Of a stretch of 64,000 nt of DNA, positions 1 to 8,619 are shown piece by piece. The position numbers and the translations under genes were made by a program. Every line of letters begins with the position of its first letter. Position 1 is the stretch's first letter. Where the stretch lies: positions 370,510 through 434,509 of IMG/VR virus record IMGVR_UViG_3300032236_001850; one strand, written 5' to 3'. The notes under the pieces were generated by a model. It did no database searches and was not told the DNA's origin. It was given only the letters and a program-made list of their open reading frames with translations.

Positions 1-399
1 ATATGGAATCTTCTTAGAGAATTAAATGGCGATAGAGAGGTGTTTTATGTCGATGGCGACACGAGTGAGGCTTTGAGAGAGGAATATAAGAGAAGAATGT
101 CAATTGGCTCTAATAAGGTCTTAATTGCGACATACGGAACTTTCTCAACAGGTATATCCATAAATAACTTACATAATATATTTCTTGTTGAGTCCTATAA
201 AAGTGAAATTTTAATTAAACAAAGTTTAGGTAGGGGAATGCGTAAGATGGAGGGCAAGGAAAAAGTTAATGTTATAGATTTCGTTGATGATTTTAGCACA
301 AGAAAATATAAGAGCTATTTAGCTAAGCATAGTCTGGAAAGAATAGAAATCTACAAGAAGGAAGGTTTTGAATATAAGATTTACAATGTTAAACTTTAA
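1..399 (+). CDS. uvsW: UvsW-like SF2 DNA helicase, C-terminal part (5' partial)
   Basis: ATYGTFSTGISINNLHN, QSLGRGMR (motif VI) and DFVDD motifs; frame is open from base 1. Confidence 0.8.
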   Translation: MWNLLRELNGDREVFYVDGDTSEALREEYKRRMSIGSNKVLIATYGTFSTGISINNLHNIFLVESYKSEILIKQSLGRGMRKMEGKEKVNVIDFVDDFSTRKYKSYLAKHSLERIEIYKKEGFEYKIYNVKL

Positions 400-410
400 T
401 TTTTATTAGG

Positions 411-418
411 GATATATA
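411..418 (+). promoter_or_regulatory. GATATATA putative late promoter
   Basis: Recurrent intergenic octamer; 18 nt before ATG 437. Confidence 0.6.
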
Positions 419-436
419 GAAAAACATTTTTTAGCA

Positions 437-985
437 ATGATTATAAAATCTTTTTCTGAATTTAACGAATCCAATCTGGATGAATCATATTATGATCAAT
501 ATCACGAAACCCATGGTAAGACATCTTTTACCAGATGGCTTAGAAAAATAGGTGATAAAATAGGAATAGGAGATAGTGGATATACCAGTTACTATGCAGA
601 TTCTGATCCCAATTCTGACGCTATACTTAGTGGGAGAAGAGCTATTGCAGCTACTGTAAGTGGACTCGCAAAAGGTACCGCTTCATTTATAGATTTTTTA
701 TCTCCTGGTGAAGATATAAAATCCTGGAAAGATCTTGACAAGGAAGAAATAAAAAGAAGAAAAGAGGAGATTATTAGAAAATGGGAAGCTGAGCATATAG
801 AGAATAAACATGTTACTGACCACGATGCCGAGGAATTTTATAAATCTGGAGTTCTTAGAGGGAAAAAATATTTTGGTAACGATTTTAAGCCACAAGATCC
901 TAAAAGTAAGGATGAAGAGATATACAGAGATTATCTTAGAGATGTAATGAATACCTATTATAGAAAAACCAAAAAGAAAAAATAG
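437..985 (+). CDS. Hypothetical protein with capsid-targeting-like N-terminus
   Basis: Begins MIIKSFSEFNESNLDE. Confidence 0.6.
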   Translation: MIIKSFSEFNESNLDESYYDQYHETHGKTSFTRWLRKIGDKIGIGDSGYTSYYADSDPNSDAILSGRRAIAATVSGLAKGTASFIDFLSPGEDIKSWKDLDKEEIKRRKEEIIRKWEAEHIENKHVTDHDAEEFYKSGVLRGKKYFGNDFKPQDPKSKDEEIYRDYLRDVMNTYYRKTKKKK

Positions 986-996
986 GATGAGTAACG

Positions 997-1917
997 ATGA
1001 ATAGGATACTCAATTTTTCTGATTTTATTTTTGAAGGTGGTGCTGCTATAAAAACTTCCAGAAGAATAAGGGAGGATGAATTTCCAGAAACACTGAAGAG
1101 TATACAGGAAAATCTTTTTCCGCTTATTGGTATGGTTCCTAGCAGAATCAACGATCAATATGTTGTTATTGGTAGTATAGGTAAAAAACAAAATCCCGAG
1201 GATACATCTGGTGATTTAGATATTGGTTATGATGCAATATGGTATTCACAGGATAATGGCATAGAGAAAAAGGAATGTTCTAGTTTTATTTATGAGAAAA
1301 TAAAAAATGGGATTGGTGATGTGCTTGGATTTGTACCAGAGATTAATTATATGAGAGGACTTAATATAGTTAGTTTGGGATGGCCAATAAAGGGTGATGA
1401 AAATAACGGTTTGGTTCAGCTTGACCTTATTCCTTTATCTGATATGGCATGGGCTGATTTCATATATTATTCACCAAACTACAAAGTTGGTGAGAGTAAA
1501 TATAAATCCGCTCATAGAAACTGGCTTTTAGCTGCTATATTATCAGCTAGGAAGGAGATTAGAGAAAGAGATCAATTTGGTGAAATATTGGATTATGATA
1601 CGCCTGTTCTTATTTTAAGTGATGGTCTATATTGGCACACTAAATCATATAGAGGTAAGATAAAAGACAGATTAAAGAATCCTAAAAAAATAGAGGGAAG
1701 CGAGAGATTTATCACTAATGATCCTCAGGAATTTATAGATTTTGCTTTAGGTAAAGGTTATACGGAAGATGACGTTAAAACTTTTGAGAAGTTATTTAAT
1801 ATAGTAATTTCACCTGATTTTGAATTAAAAGATAAATTACCAGAAATAAAGGAAAGATTTTTGGAATTTTTACAAAGAGTTGGACTAGAAATACCTACAG
1901 AGGTTAACGAAATATAA
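997..1917 (+). CDS. Pol-beta-superfamily nucleotidyltransferase with CTS-like N-terminus
   Basis: hGS...SGDLD motif, third Asp in VQLDL; N-terminus MNRILNFSDFIFE. Confidence 0.65.
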   Translation: MNRILNFSDFIFEGGAAIKTSRRIREDEFPETLKSIQENLFPLIGMVPSRINDQYVVIGSIGKKQNPEDTSGDLDIGYDAIWYSQDNGIEKKECSSFIYEKIKNGIGDVLGFVPEINYMRGLNIVSLGWPIKGDENNGLVQLDLIPLSDMAWADFIYYSPNYKVGESKYKSAHRNWLLAAILSARKEIRERDQFGEILDYDTPVLILSDGLYWHTKSYRGKIKDRLKNPKKIEGSERFITNDPQEFIDFALGKGYTEDDVKTFEKLFNIVISPDFELKDKLPEIKERFLEFLQRVGLEIPTEVNEI

Positions 1918-1937
1918 TAAACATTAAAAAGCTAATT

Positions 1938-3971
1938 ATGGCAGGCATCAGTCATTTATATGATATTTATAACAAAAAGGGTAAAGATTTTATTGATAAT
2001 CTCTTTAACTCCTATGTGACAATTAATGAAAAAATGGATGGTTCTGCTTTTGTCTTTGAGAGAGATCCAGAAACGGGCAGATTCAATTTTTACAAGAGGG
2101 ATCAAAGATATCCTATAACTTTAGTTGATCGTACTTTGATGAAATACTACGAGAAGCCCATAAATTATATAGAATCTTTACCTCCACACATTCTTAAGGA
2201 AATTCCTAGAGGATGGAGATTTGGACTTGAATATTTTTCAAACAACCAACCTGTTGAAATTGCTTATGATAGATTACCTAAGAATAATCTGATACTCTCG
2301 TACATCCACACCAAAAACGATAATGGTAAACCTGCATCCACAATACAGGATCAGGAACAACTCGATAATTGGGCAGATTTACTTGGTGTTGAAAGACCAC
2401 CGATCATATTCCAGGGTATGTTAACTGATGATCAGAAAAATCAGATACTTGATTTTTTAAGAACACCCTTTGATCAATTAGTTTCTGAATTCAAGACTAA
2501 AAGCTTTGTTAGGTACATAATTGGGGTTCTTAATCCCGAAGCTAAAACAAGCGCACTTAATAACGATCTTGATAAACCGATAGAAGGAATAGTCTTTAGA
2601 TTTGGTGAGGATGATAATGGTAAAGAACCTATTTTATCCAAAATGGTAGATCCGGTTTTCACCGAGATGGCCAAAGAAAAATATAATAAAAGATCGACTG
2701 AAAGACCTAGCGATTTTCTGGGTCTAACAATAATGGATATAATGAACTTCATTTTAGAGGAGGGAGTTGAATCTTTCAATGTTGCCGGCGATACTGATGA
2801 TGAGAGATACATTTCTTTCATATCTGACGTTTTTGTTAAGTTTCTTTCGGAGTATGCCTATAAATACAGAGGAGCAGATTTTCAGGAACCTGAATATTTA
2901 AAGAAGGATGAATTCAGACTTAATCACGATATGATAAAGGATAAAAGAGTTCTTAAATATCTTGATACTGATGATTCTTACGAATCTCTATTCAAGCTTA
3001 TGCTTAATTCTTTTAGAAAAATAAGAAAAAGAGCAAGCGGAATAATAACTCCCGGTATAATAGATCAATTTAATATAGTTGTTAGTGACATAGAAAGAGT
3101 TGTTTCTAAAGAACCTAAACCTGCTATACAAGAGTCCGAAGCTATACCATCATTCATGGATTTCAAGAAAAATAATCTGTCATCTAAGAGAATAGATTAT
3201 GTAACTAGCGAATCTGACAATTCTGAGGAAGCTGATACTGATGATCCATTTTATTCATATAACGAGTTCATATCGGCTCTAGAAACAATAGACACCACCA
3301 AGAAAGATAAATCAAAAGAAATCAACGAGGACACTGAGGAGGATAAAAAGAAACTTCAACCTGTTAATCTATTAGTTGGCAGATTTCAACCATTCCATAA
3401 TGGACATTTAAAAATGGTGGATCAGTTATACAAGGAAAATGATCTTCCTAGCATAATTGCAGTTGTGCATCCTGGTCATAATAAATCCGGTAAATCCCCA
3501 TATGATGAAAAATTAATTTCTCGATATATGGAGGGAATAGTTAGAGACAATCCCGGAAAAATAGCTGGCTACTTTGTGGTAAATAGAGGTCTTCTAGGAC
3601 CAATATACGGTAAGGCAAAGGAGCATGGATTTATTCCTAAAGTTATAGGTGCTGGTGATGATAGAATAGAAGATTATAATAAACAAGCAGATTATCTTAA
3701 AAAAGCTGGAGGTGATTTTCCGGAGGATATAAAAATAGTGCAAACGAAGAGATCTTCCAGTGGAACCGATGTTAGAAAAAAGATAGAAGCTGAAGATTAT
3801 GTTGGTTTCAAGAAACTTGTTCCTCAAGCTGTAGCTAATGTTTATAACTCATTAATAGATGCCCAAAAAGGTAAAGGTATTAAGGAGGATGAAGAAAAAG
3901 AGTTTGATGAGTCGGAACTTATATCAGAATCCATAATCGCTGAAGAGATAGAAAAAAATAACCAAGAATAA
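1938..3971 (+). CDS. Fusion of an ATP-dependent RNA-ligase-like domain and a HIGH (cytidylyl/NMN adenylyl-transferase-like) domain
   Basis: NEKMDGS (I), GLEYF (III), EGIVF (IV), SKMV (V); C-terminal GRFQPFHNGH and SSGTDVR. Confidence 0.7.
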   Translation: MAGISHLYDIYNKKGKDFIDNLFNSYVTINEKMDGSAFVFERDPETGRFNFYKRDQRYPITLVDRTLMKYYEKPINYIESLPPHILKEIPRGWRFGLEYFSNNQPVEIAYDRLPKNNLILSYIHTKNDNGKPASTIQDQEQLDNWADLLGVERPPIIFQGMLTDDQKNQILDFLRTPFDQLVSEFKTKSFVRYIIGVLNPEAKTSALNNDLDKPIEGIVFRFGEDDNGKEPILSKMVDPVFTEMAKEKYNKRSTERPSDFLGLTIMDIMNFILEEGVESFNVAGDTDDERYISFISDVFVKFLSEYAYKYRGADFQEPEYLKKDEFRLNHDMIKDKRVLKYLDTDDSYESLFKLMLNSFRKIRKRASGIITPGIIDQFNIVVSDIERVVSKEPKPAIQESEAIPSFMDFKKNNLSSKRIDYVTSESDNSEEADTDDPFYSYNEFISALETIDTTKKDKSKEINEDTEEDKKKLQPVNLLVGRFQPFHNGHLKMVDQLYKENDLPSIIAVVHPGHNKSGKSPYDEKLISRYMEGIVRDNPGKIAGYFVVNRGLLGPIYGKAKEHGFIPKVIGAGDDRIEDYNKQADYLKKAGGDFPEDIKIVQTKRSSSGTDVRKKIEAEDYVGFKKLVPQAVANVYNSLIDAQKGKGIKEDEEKEFDESELISESIIAEEIEKNNQE

Positions 3972-3974
3972 AAA

Positions 3975-4520
3975 ATGAAAAAATTTATTGCATCGTTTGA
4001 TCAATTTACAAATCCAATTAATGAAAATGATGGATTTGGTACATCACCATTCCTTATGAAAAAAGTAGGTGATGTTTATCATTATTTTTTCAGTCTTGAT
4101 AGTGAGGACGAAGAACATGAGATGGGATATCATTTAATTATAGGTAAATATTCTGAGAATGAACCTATAGAAGGTGCTAAAAATTCATATTGTGTACTCA
4201 ATATAAATCAGATAGGTCATGAGCTTATTGAAGATATAGCAGTAGATAAGGAGGATATACCTACTCCTGATACAACTGAATTTTTAGTTGATGGAAATGA
4301 GCTTTCAAGATTGGTGGAACAGATCTTTAAATGTGTTCTTGATTATCTTTCGTTGAATCCAAAGGTTGTTAGAATATATGACAATTTGCAAGACAATCTG
4401 GAGTATAAAGGTAAAGGAGAATATATAGAATATATGAAGTCAATATGTGTGTCCAAACTTGGTAAAAATTGGTCCGTTCAAAATGGATCAACACAAAAAT
4501 CATTAATTTTAAGCAGATAA
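3975..4520 (+). CDS. Hypothetical protein with CTS-like N-terminus
   Basis: MKKFIASFDQFTNPINE. Confidence 0.6.
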   Translation: MKKFIASFDQFTNPINENDGFGTSPFLMKKVGDVYHYFFSLDSEDEEHEMGYHLIIGKYSENEPIEGAKNSYCVLNINQIGHELIEDIAVDKEDIPTPDTTEFLVDGNELSRLVEQIFKCVLDYLSLNPKVVRIYDNLQDNLEYKGKGEYIEYMKSICVSKLGKNWSVQNGSTQKSLILSR

Positions 4521-4521
4521 G

Positions 4522-4550
4522 GGAACTTTTTGTAAAATCTTTGATATAAT
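4522..4550 (+). promoter_or_regulatory. GGAAC-N18-TATAAT putative middle promoter
   Basis: Member of a recurrent G(A/G)AA(C/T)-N17/18-TAnAAT-like class. Confidence 0.5.
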
Positions 4551-4573
4551 AATAAATTAAAATTAAATTTAAA

Positions 4574-4753
4574 ATGGAAAAATTCGAACAAATTAAGGCT
4601 CTATTAGAGCAAACACAAGGTGATGCTGAGAAATTTTTTAGCAAAGGAAACAGCGCAGCTGGAACTAGAGTTAGAAAAGCTATGCAAGAATTAAAAGCTC
4701 TTGCTCAGGAAGTAAGAACTGAAGTACAAGATGCTAAAAACAAAGCAGCTTAA
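4574..4753 (+). CDS. Histone H1-like Hc1-family small protein (59 aa, not in ORF track)
   Basis: MEKFEQIKALLEQTQGDAEKFFSKGNSAAGTRVRKAMQELKALAQEVR; KGNxAAGTRxRK is the Hc1 signature. Confidence 0.8.
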   Translation: MEKFEQIKALLEQTQGDAEKFFSKGNSAAGTRVRKAMQELKALAQEVRTEVQDAKNKAA

Positions 4754-4778
4754 TTATTAACCTTTAAAAAAGCATAAC

Positions 4779-5012
4779 ATGAGCTATTACTTAGCAAAAG
4801 TAAGATTCGAATCAGGAGAAGTTAAAAAGAATGGGGATCCAGTTTATACAATATCTCAATTTCTAGTTTCAGCAGAATCTGTATTAGACGTGGAAACGAA
4901 AGTTGCGTCATATATGGAAGGCACACTAGGAGACTTTGAAACCATCCAGGTTACAAAAACAAAAATAGAAACAGTCATTTATGACAAAGAAAGATACGAA
5001 GACTCAATCTAA
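4779..5012 (+). CDS. DUF4494-like protein (Bacteroidota family)
   Basis: YxxKVRF...NG...FLVxAES pattern. Confidence 0.55.
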   Translation: MSYYLAKVRFESGEVKKNGDPVYTISQFLVSAESVLDVETKVASYMEGTLGDFETIQVTKTKIETVIYDKERYEDSI

Positions 5013-5241
5013 ATCGGCCGATACTAATTCCTATGTTCCGCCGCAATCACCAATAGCAATACAACCAGGAGATACCGGGTTTGCTACAGTAGGTAAGGCA
5101 TATAATAGATTTATATGGACATTCGGAGATTGGTATAAAAAGAAGAAGAAGATAATCAATCCGGATACAAATTGGGATCTTAATAAGAAACCAATGTCAG
5201 ACTCAGACTGGGAAAAGAAAAAAAAGGACTTATACTTATAA
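4981..5241 (+). CDS. Hypothetical protein
   Basis: ORF in operon, followed by terminator. Confidence 0.5.
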   Translation: MTKKDTKTQSKSADTNSYVPPQSPIAIQPGDTGFATVGKAYNRFIWTFGDWYKKKKKIINPDTNWDLNKKPMSDSDWEKKKKDLYL

Positions 5242-5253
5242 GTCCTTTTTTTT
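5221..5253 (+). terminator. Rho-independent terminator
   Basis: AAAAAGGACTTATA-CT-TATAAGTCCTTTTT plus T tract. Confidence 0.8.
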
Positions 5254-5257
5254 GTTG

Positions 5258-5265
5258 GATATATA
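5258..5265 (+). promoter_or_regulatory. GATATATA putative late promoter
   Basis: Directly after terminator, before ATG 5284. Confidence 0.6.
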
Positions 5266-5283
5266 CATAAAATAAATCAAGAT

Positions 5284-5664
5284 ATGCCCTCAGTTAGTAT
5301 AGCCCAACAAAGATTAATGGCCCAAGCCTATGCAGTTAAAATAGGAGAATTATCACCATCTAAACTCAATCCTAAATACAGAGATGAGATAGTTAAATTG
5401 TCTAAGAATATGACTGAAAAAGAGCTGAAAGCTTTTGCTTCTACAAAATATAAGAATACTAAGAAGAAGCTTCCAGATCATGTTAACGAAGAGGATATGC
5501 CAATTAGCCTTGAACCAGTTAGCTCCGCAGGAATACCTAAATTTCAACCTAAGGGACCTGGTAAGATAGTTCCGTATTTGGACACAGATTCCAAACAAAC
5601 TAAAAAAGGTAAAAAAAATCTAGCTAATCTTAAGGATTATAGAGACTGGCTTTCAGGTAAGTAA
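5284..5664 (+). CDS. DUF3008-like protein
   Basis: MPSVSIAQQRLM...MTEKELKAFAST; C-terminal LKDYRDW motif. Confidence 0.5.
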   Translation: MPSVSIAQQRLMAQAYAVKIGELSPSKLNPKYRDEIVKLSKNMTEKELKAFASTKYKNTKKKLPDHVNEEDMPISLEPVSSAGIPKFQPKGPGKIVPYLDTDSKQTKKGKKNLANLKDYRDWLSGK

Positions 5665-5665
5665 G

Positions 5666-6091
5666 ATGAAAAAGCAGATGAAAAATCTTCTGAATTTTAA
5701 ATCATATTCACCCGAATATGAATATAAAACCGAGTACAGAAGAGAAATTGAATTGGATCGTGTAAGAAAATCTAGAGAATATAGAAGACTATTGGCTCTT
5801 GGATTCGATGAGGACACTTCACATCAGCAGGAAATAAACAACACTATGAAGTTTGTCAGAAGTGTTAAGAAACAAAAAGAGATTGGGCATGGTGACGTCT
5901 TTTATACCATACATCCATCAGGTACGGTTAGAAGATATAATCCAATAAAATCAAAGGAAGTAAAAGAAGGAAACGGTAACGATATAAAAAAATTCTCAGC
6001 ACCTTTTAAATCTGCTAAGGATTATGCTAAAGGATTAAATTTTCTTTGGCAGTATCTAAAAAGAAAAGAGGCTAGAGGAGATTACAGATAA
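5666..6091 (+). CDS. Hypothetical protein with CTS-like N-terminus
   Basis: MKNLLNFKSY. Confidence 0.55.
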   Translation: MKKQMKNLLNFKSYSPEYEYKTEYRREIELDRVRKSREYRRLLALGFDEDTSHQQEINNTMKFVRSVKKQKEIGHGDVFYTIHPSGTVRRYNPIKSKEVKEGNGNDIKKFSAPFKSAKDYAKGLNFLWQYLKRKEARGDYR

Positions 6092-6093
6092 TT

Positions 6094-6321
6094 ATGTGCG
6101 GATGCGGATCACCAAATGCTGTAGAGATCAGAAACATGACTCCCAGCAAAGAAGTCAGTAAGATTTTAAATTCATGGATTATTGATAATATGGGTAGGAA
6201 ATTACTCATAGATAGTCCGATATACGATAGCTATAATGATATAATAGGCTACGTAACAAAAAATGAGTCTGGTAATATAGTTAGAATATTTGCCAAGAAT
6301 ATAAAAGAAATATTAGAATAA
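6094..6321 (+). CDS. Hypothetical protein
   Basis: Tightly packed ORF in operon. Confidence 0.5.
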   Translation: MCGCGSPNAVEIRNMTPSKEVSKILNSWIIDNMGRKLLIDSPIYDSYNDIIGYVTKNESGNIVRIFAKNIKEILE

Positions 6322-6322
6322 T

Positions 6323-6823
6323 ATGTTTTACCCAACAGGAAATAGTACAAATGGAAGAAAATTAGTTTGTATCGATGACGAAAGAAAAAATTTAGATGAA
6401 TGTCTAGATGAATGCAACTGTAACGAGTCTTGTGATTGTGACGATTGCAACTGTAACGAATCTTGCAATTGTGTCGAGAATTGGCTTGGTGAGAATAATT
6501 ACTGTGTTGAAAAATGGCAACTAAAAAAGTATCTTAATGATAGAGGACTAAAAATGCAAAAACTCGATGAGGACATGGACGGAGGAGCAGCTCCAGCAGC
6601 TGGACTTGCAACACTGGGTAATGTGGGCGGAATGGGAAATCCAGCACCCCCTACTAATGGTGGTACAAACGCAGGTTTCTATGACGGTTCAAAAAATGGA
6701 AGCGGAGATAGGTTTGGCACGTTAACTGTTGGTACAGGCGCAGCTAATAAGAAAGGTAAAAGAAAAAAGAAAATGATTTCCTACAAAGAATTTGTTGATA
6801 AAAATAGAAAGAAAAAGAAATAA
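6323..6823 (+). CDS. Cys-rich/Gly-rich protein with C-terminal CTS-like motif
   Basis: CNCNESCxC duplicated; ends KKMISYKEFVDKNRKKKK. Confidence 0.55.
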   Translation: MFYPTGNSTNGRKLVCIDDERKNLDECLDECNCNESCDCDDCNCNESCNCVENWLGENNYCVEKWQLKKYLNDRGLKMQKLDEDMDGGAAPAAGLATLGNVGGMGNPAPPTNGGTNAGFYDGSKNGSGDRFGTLTVGTGAANKKGKRKKKMISYKEFVDKNRKKKK

Positions 6824-6824
6824 T

Positions 6825-6852
6825 AAAATCTCCCAATTGGGAGATTTTTTTT
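6825..6852 (+). terminator. Rho-independent terminator
   Basis: AAAATCTCCC-AATT-GGGAGATTTT plus Ts. Confidence 0.8.
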
Positions 6853-6876
6853 ATCCGCAAATATTTTTTACATTGC
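6845..6876 (+). promoter_or_regulatory. Host-type early promoter variant (T-tract..CG-N11-TACATTGC)
   Basis: Same architecture as six other sites; -7 element degenerate. Confidence 0.45.
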
Positions 6877-6892
6877 GTGAAAATTAAAAGAT

Positions 6893-7282
6893 ATGTCCAG
6901 AGAGATACTGATACAAGAAAATTATCCTAATGAACCTTGGAAAATGCTCGTTTGTTGTATATTATTAAACCAATCCCATAATAGATCTGTACGACCGATT
7001 TTAGACGCCGTATTTGAATTTATTCCTGATCCTGATTCTGCAATCAAGTGTGATGTTGAAAGTCTAGCAGCGATCATAAAACCAACCGGTTTGTACAACG
7101 TAAAGGCTAGAAGAATAAAATGGATGAGTGTGGGATACAAAAAAGGCTTTAAAAGAGTTACCGATCTACCAGGAATAGGTTTATATGGTAATGAATCCTG
7201 GGAGATATTTGTTAATGGTAATCTCGACATAAAGCCAACGGATAAAAAGCTTAGAGCTTATTTGGATGCCGTTTTATTTTGA
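6893..7282 (+). CDS. HhH-GPD DNA glycosylase, MBD4-like
   Basis: PWKMLVCCILLNQ, LPGIGLYG HhH motif, DKKL ending; no Fe-S cluster. Confidence 0.75.
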   Translation: MSREILIQENYPNEPWKMLVCCILLNQSHNRSVRPILDAVFEFIPDPDSAIKCDVESLAAIIKPTGLYNVKARRIKWMSVGYKKGFKRVTDLPGIGLYGNESWEIFVNGNLDIKPTDKKLRAYLDAVLF

Positions 7283-8245
7283 TATTTTTACTCTTAGATT
7301 TATTGGTTCTTTAAGTACTGGATTTGAAACATAGAAAGGTTTTGCAACTTCACATTTCACAAACTTTTTATTTTCACCTAATGGTAGATATATTACATCA
7401 CCAGGTTTAAACATCTTGTGAATTTTTAATTTTTTACCATCTCTTTCGAATTCAAGATCCATTTCTATATGATCGTCAAATATTGCCCAATTATCTGTTC
7501 TACCAAATTTTTTGAATTTCTTATTAATGATTCTGAAAACCTTACCTGTAACAAATCCATCTTCCCCTAATTTGGATGCAAATTTTATAGGTTTACCTTT
7601 CTTAAGATTATAAGTTTTTATTTTTGAATTATCAAGACCAAAGCTTTCTTTTGGTACTTTCTTTGATTCTTCTTCTGTGAGAACTGTACCATCACTTGAT
7701 ATAAACAATTTAAAATCGTAGTTTTCCTTAGGTTTGGTAACAATATATTTGAGTTTTTCCTCATCGTATTTCACCTTACTTAATCCTGCATGAAATTCTA
7801 TTGACTTGTTTATTTCTTCGTGTGACTCGTCATCTTTAAAAATTCTTATAGTTCTTGCTATATTTTCAATAATTGGGATGTAAATCTGATTTCCCTCTTT
7901 TGCTGATTGCTCGGCTTTTAGATTAGCTGGAACATAAACATTTAGTGGATAAAATTTACCCATAAATTTAAAATGTGTTTCCATCATGGGATAACCGGTT
8001 GCTGTTTTGTCTGGGAATTTTAACCATTTAAGAACCTCATTCAGTCTATGGTCATATTCCTTTGCAAGTAAATCAGCGCAAGATTTTTTAATTTCCTCTA
8101 TTTTTCCGTTATCGAAATAATTAGACAACATGGTGGGAAAATCTATATTTTCTGGTTTGTAAAATCTTTCAATCTCCTCAACATCAACCTTTATGGTTAA
8201 TCTTGCTTCATTTATCCAACCCTGAAATTTTTTTAAATTGTTCAT
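7274..8245 (-). CDS. Hypothetical protein with CTS-like N-terminus
   Basis: MNNLKKFQGWINEA. Confidence 0.6.
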   Translation of the reverse strand: MNNLKKFQGWINEARLTIKVDVEEIERFYKPENIDFPTMLSNYFDNGKIEEIKKSCADLLAKEYDHRLNEVLKWLKFPDKTATGYPMMETHFKFMGKFYPLNVYVPANLKAEQSAKEGNQIYIPIIENIARTIRIFKDDESHEEINKSIEFHAGLSKVKYDEEKLKYIVTKPKENYDFKLFISSDGTVLTEEESKKVPKESFGLDNSKIKTYNLKKGKPIKFASKLGEDGFVTGKVFRIINKKFKKFGRTDNWAIFDDHIEMDLEFERDGKKLKIHKMFKPGDVIYLPLGENKKFVKCEVAKPFYVSNPVLKEPINLRVKISK

Positions 8246-8550
8246 TATTCTTTTTTCTTTGAATTTTTTGCTTGAAATGTTGTTTTTAGATATTCTGTTA
8301 TATCTGATCCTGATTTCTTATCTTCATTCAGAAACTTATTAAATTCCTCGGATTTGCCACATTCATCTAAGAAATCATGAAAGTAGGCTTCTTCGTACAT
8401 GGCATCTATAGTTTCTGGCATTGTTGGATCTGCGCTCTGGTAGTTTCTGCTATTTACTTTGGTCTGATAAGAATCACCTGGAACATCAATACTTCCTGGA
8501 GAATCAATCCATTCATTAACAAAACCTTTAAATTTTTGTAAATTTTTCAT
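8245..8550 (-). CDS. Hypothetical protein with CTS-like N-terminus
   Basis: MKNLQKFKGFVNEW; GATATATA at 8557-8564 on minus strand. Confidence 0.6.
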   Translation of the reverse strand: MKNLQKFKGFVNEWIDSPGSIDVPGDSYQTKVNSRNYQSADPTMPETIDAMYEEAYFHDFLDECGKSEEFNKFLNEDKKSGSDITEYLKTTFQAKNSKKKE

Positions 8551-8619
8551 ATTATTTATATATCTGCCCGGAACATAAGTTTATTATGATGTAAAACATA
8601 TACATTAAAATATTTCTGA

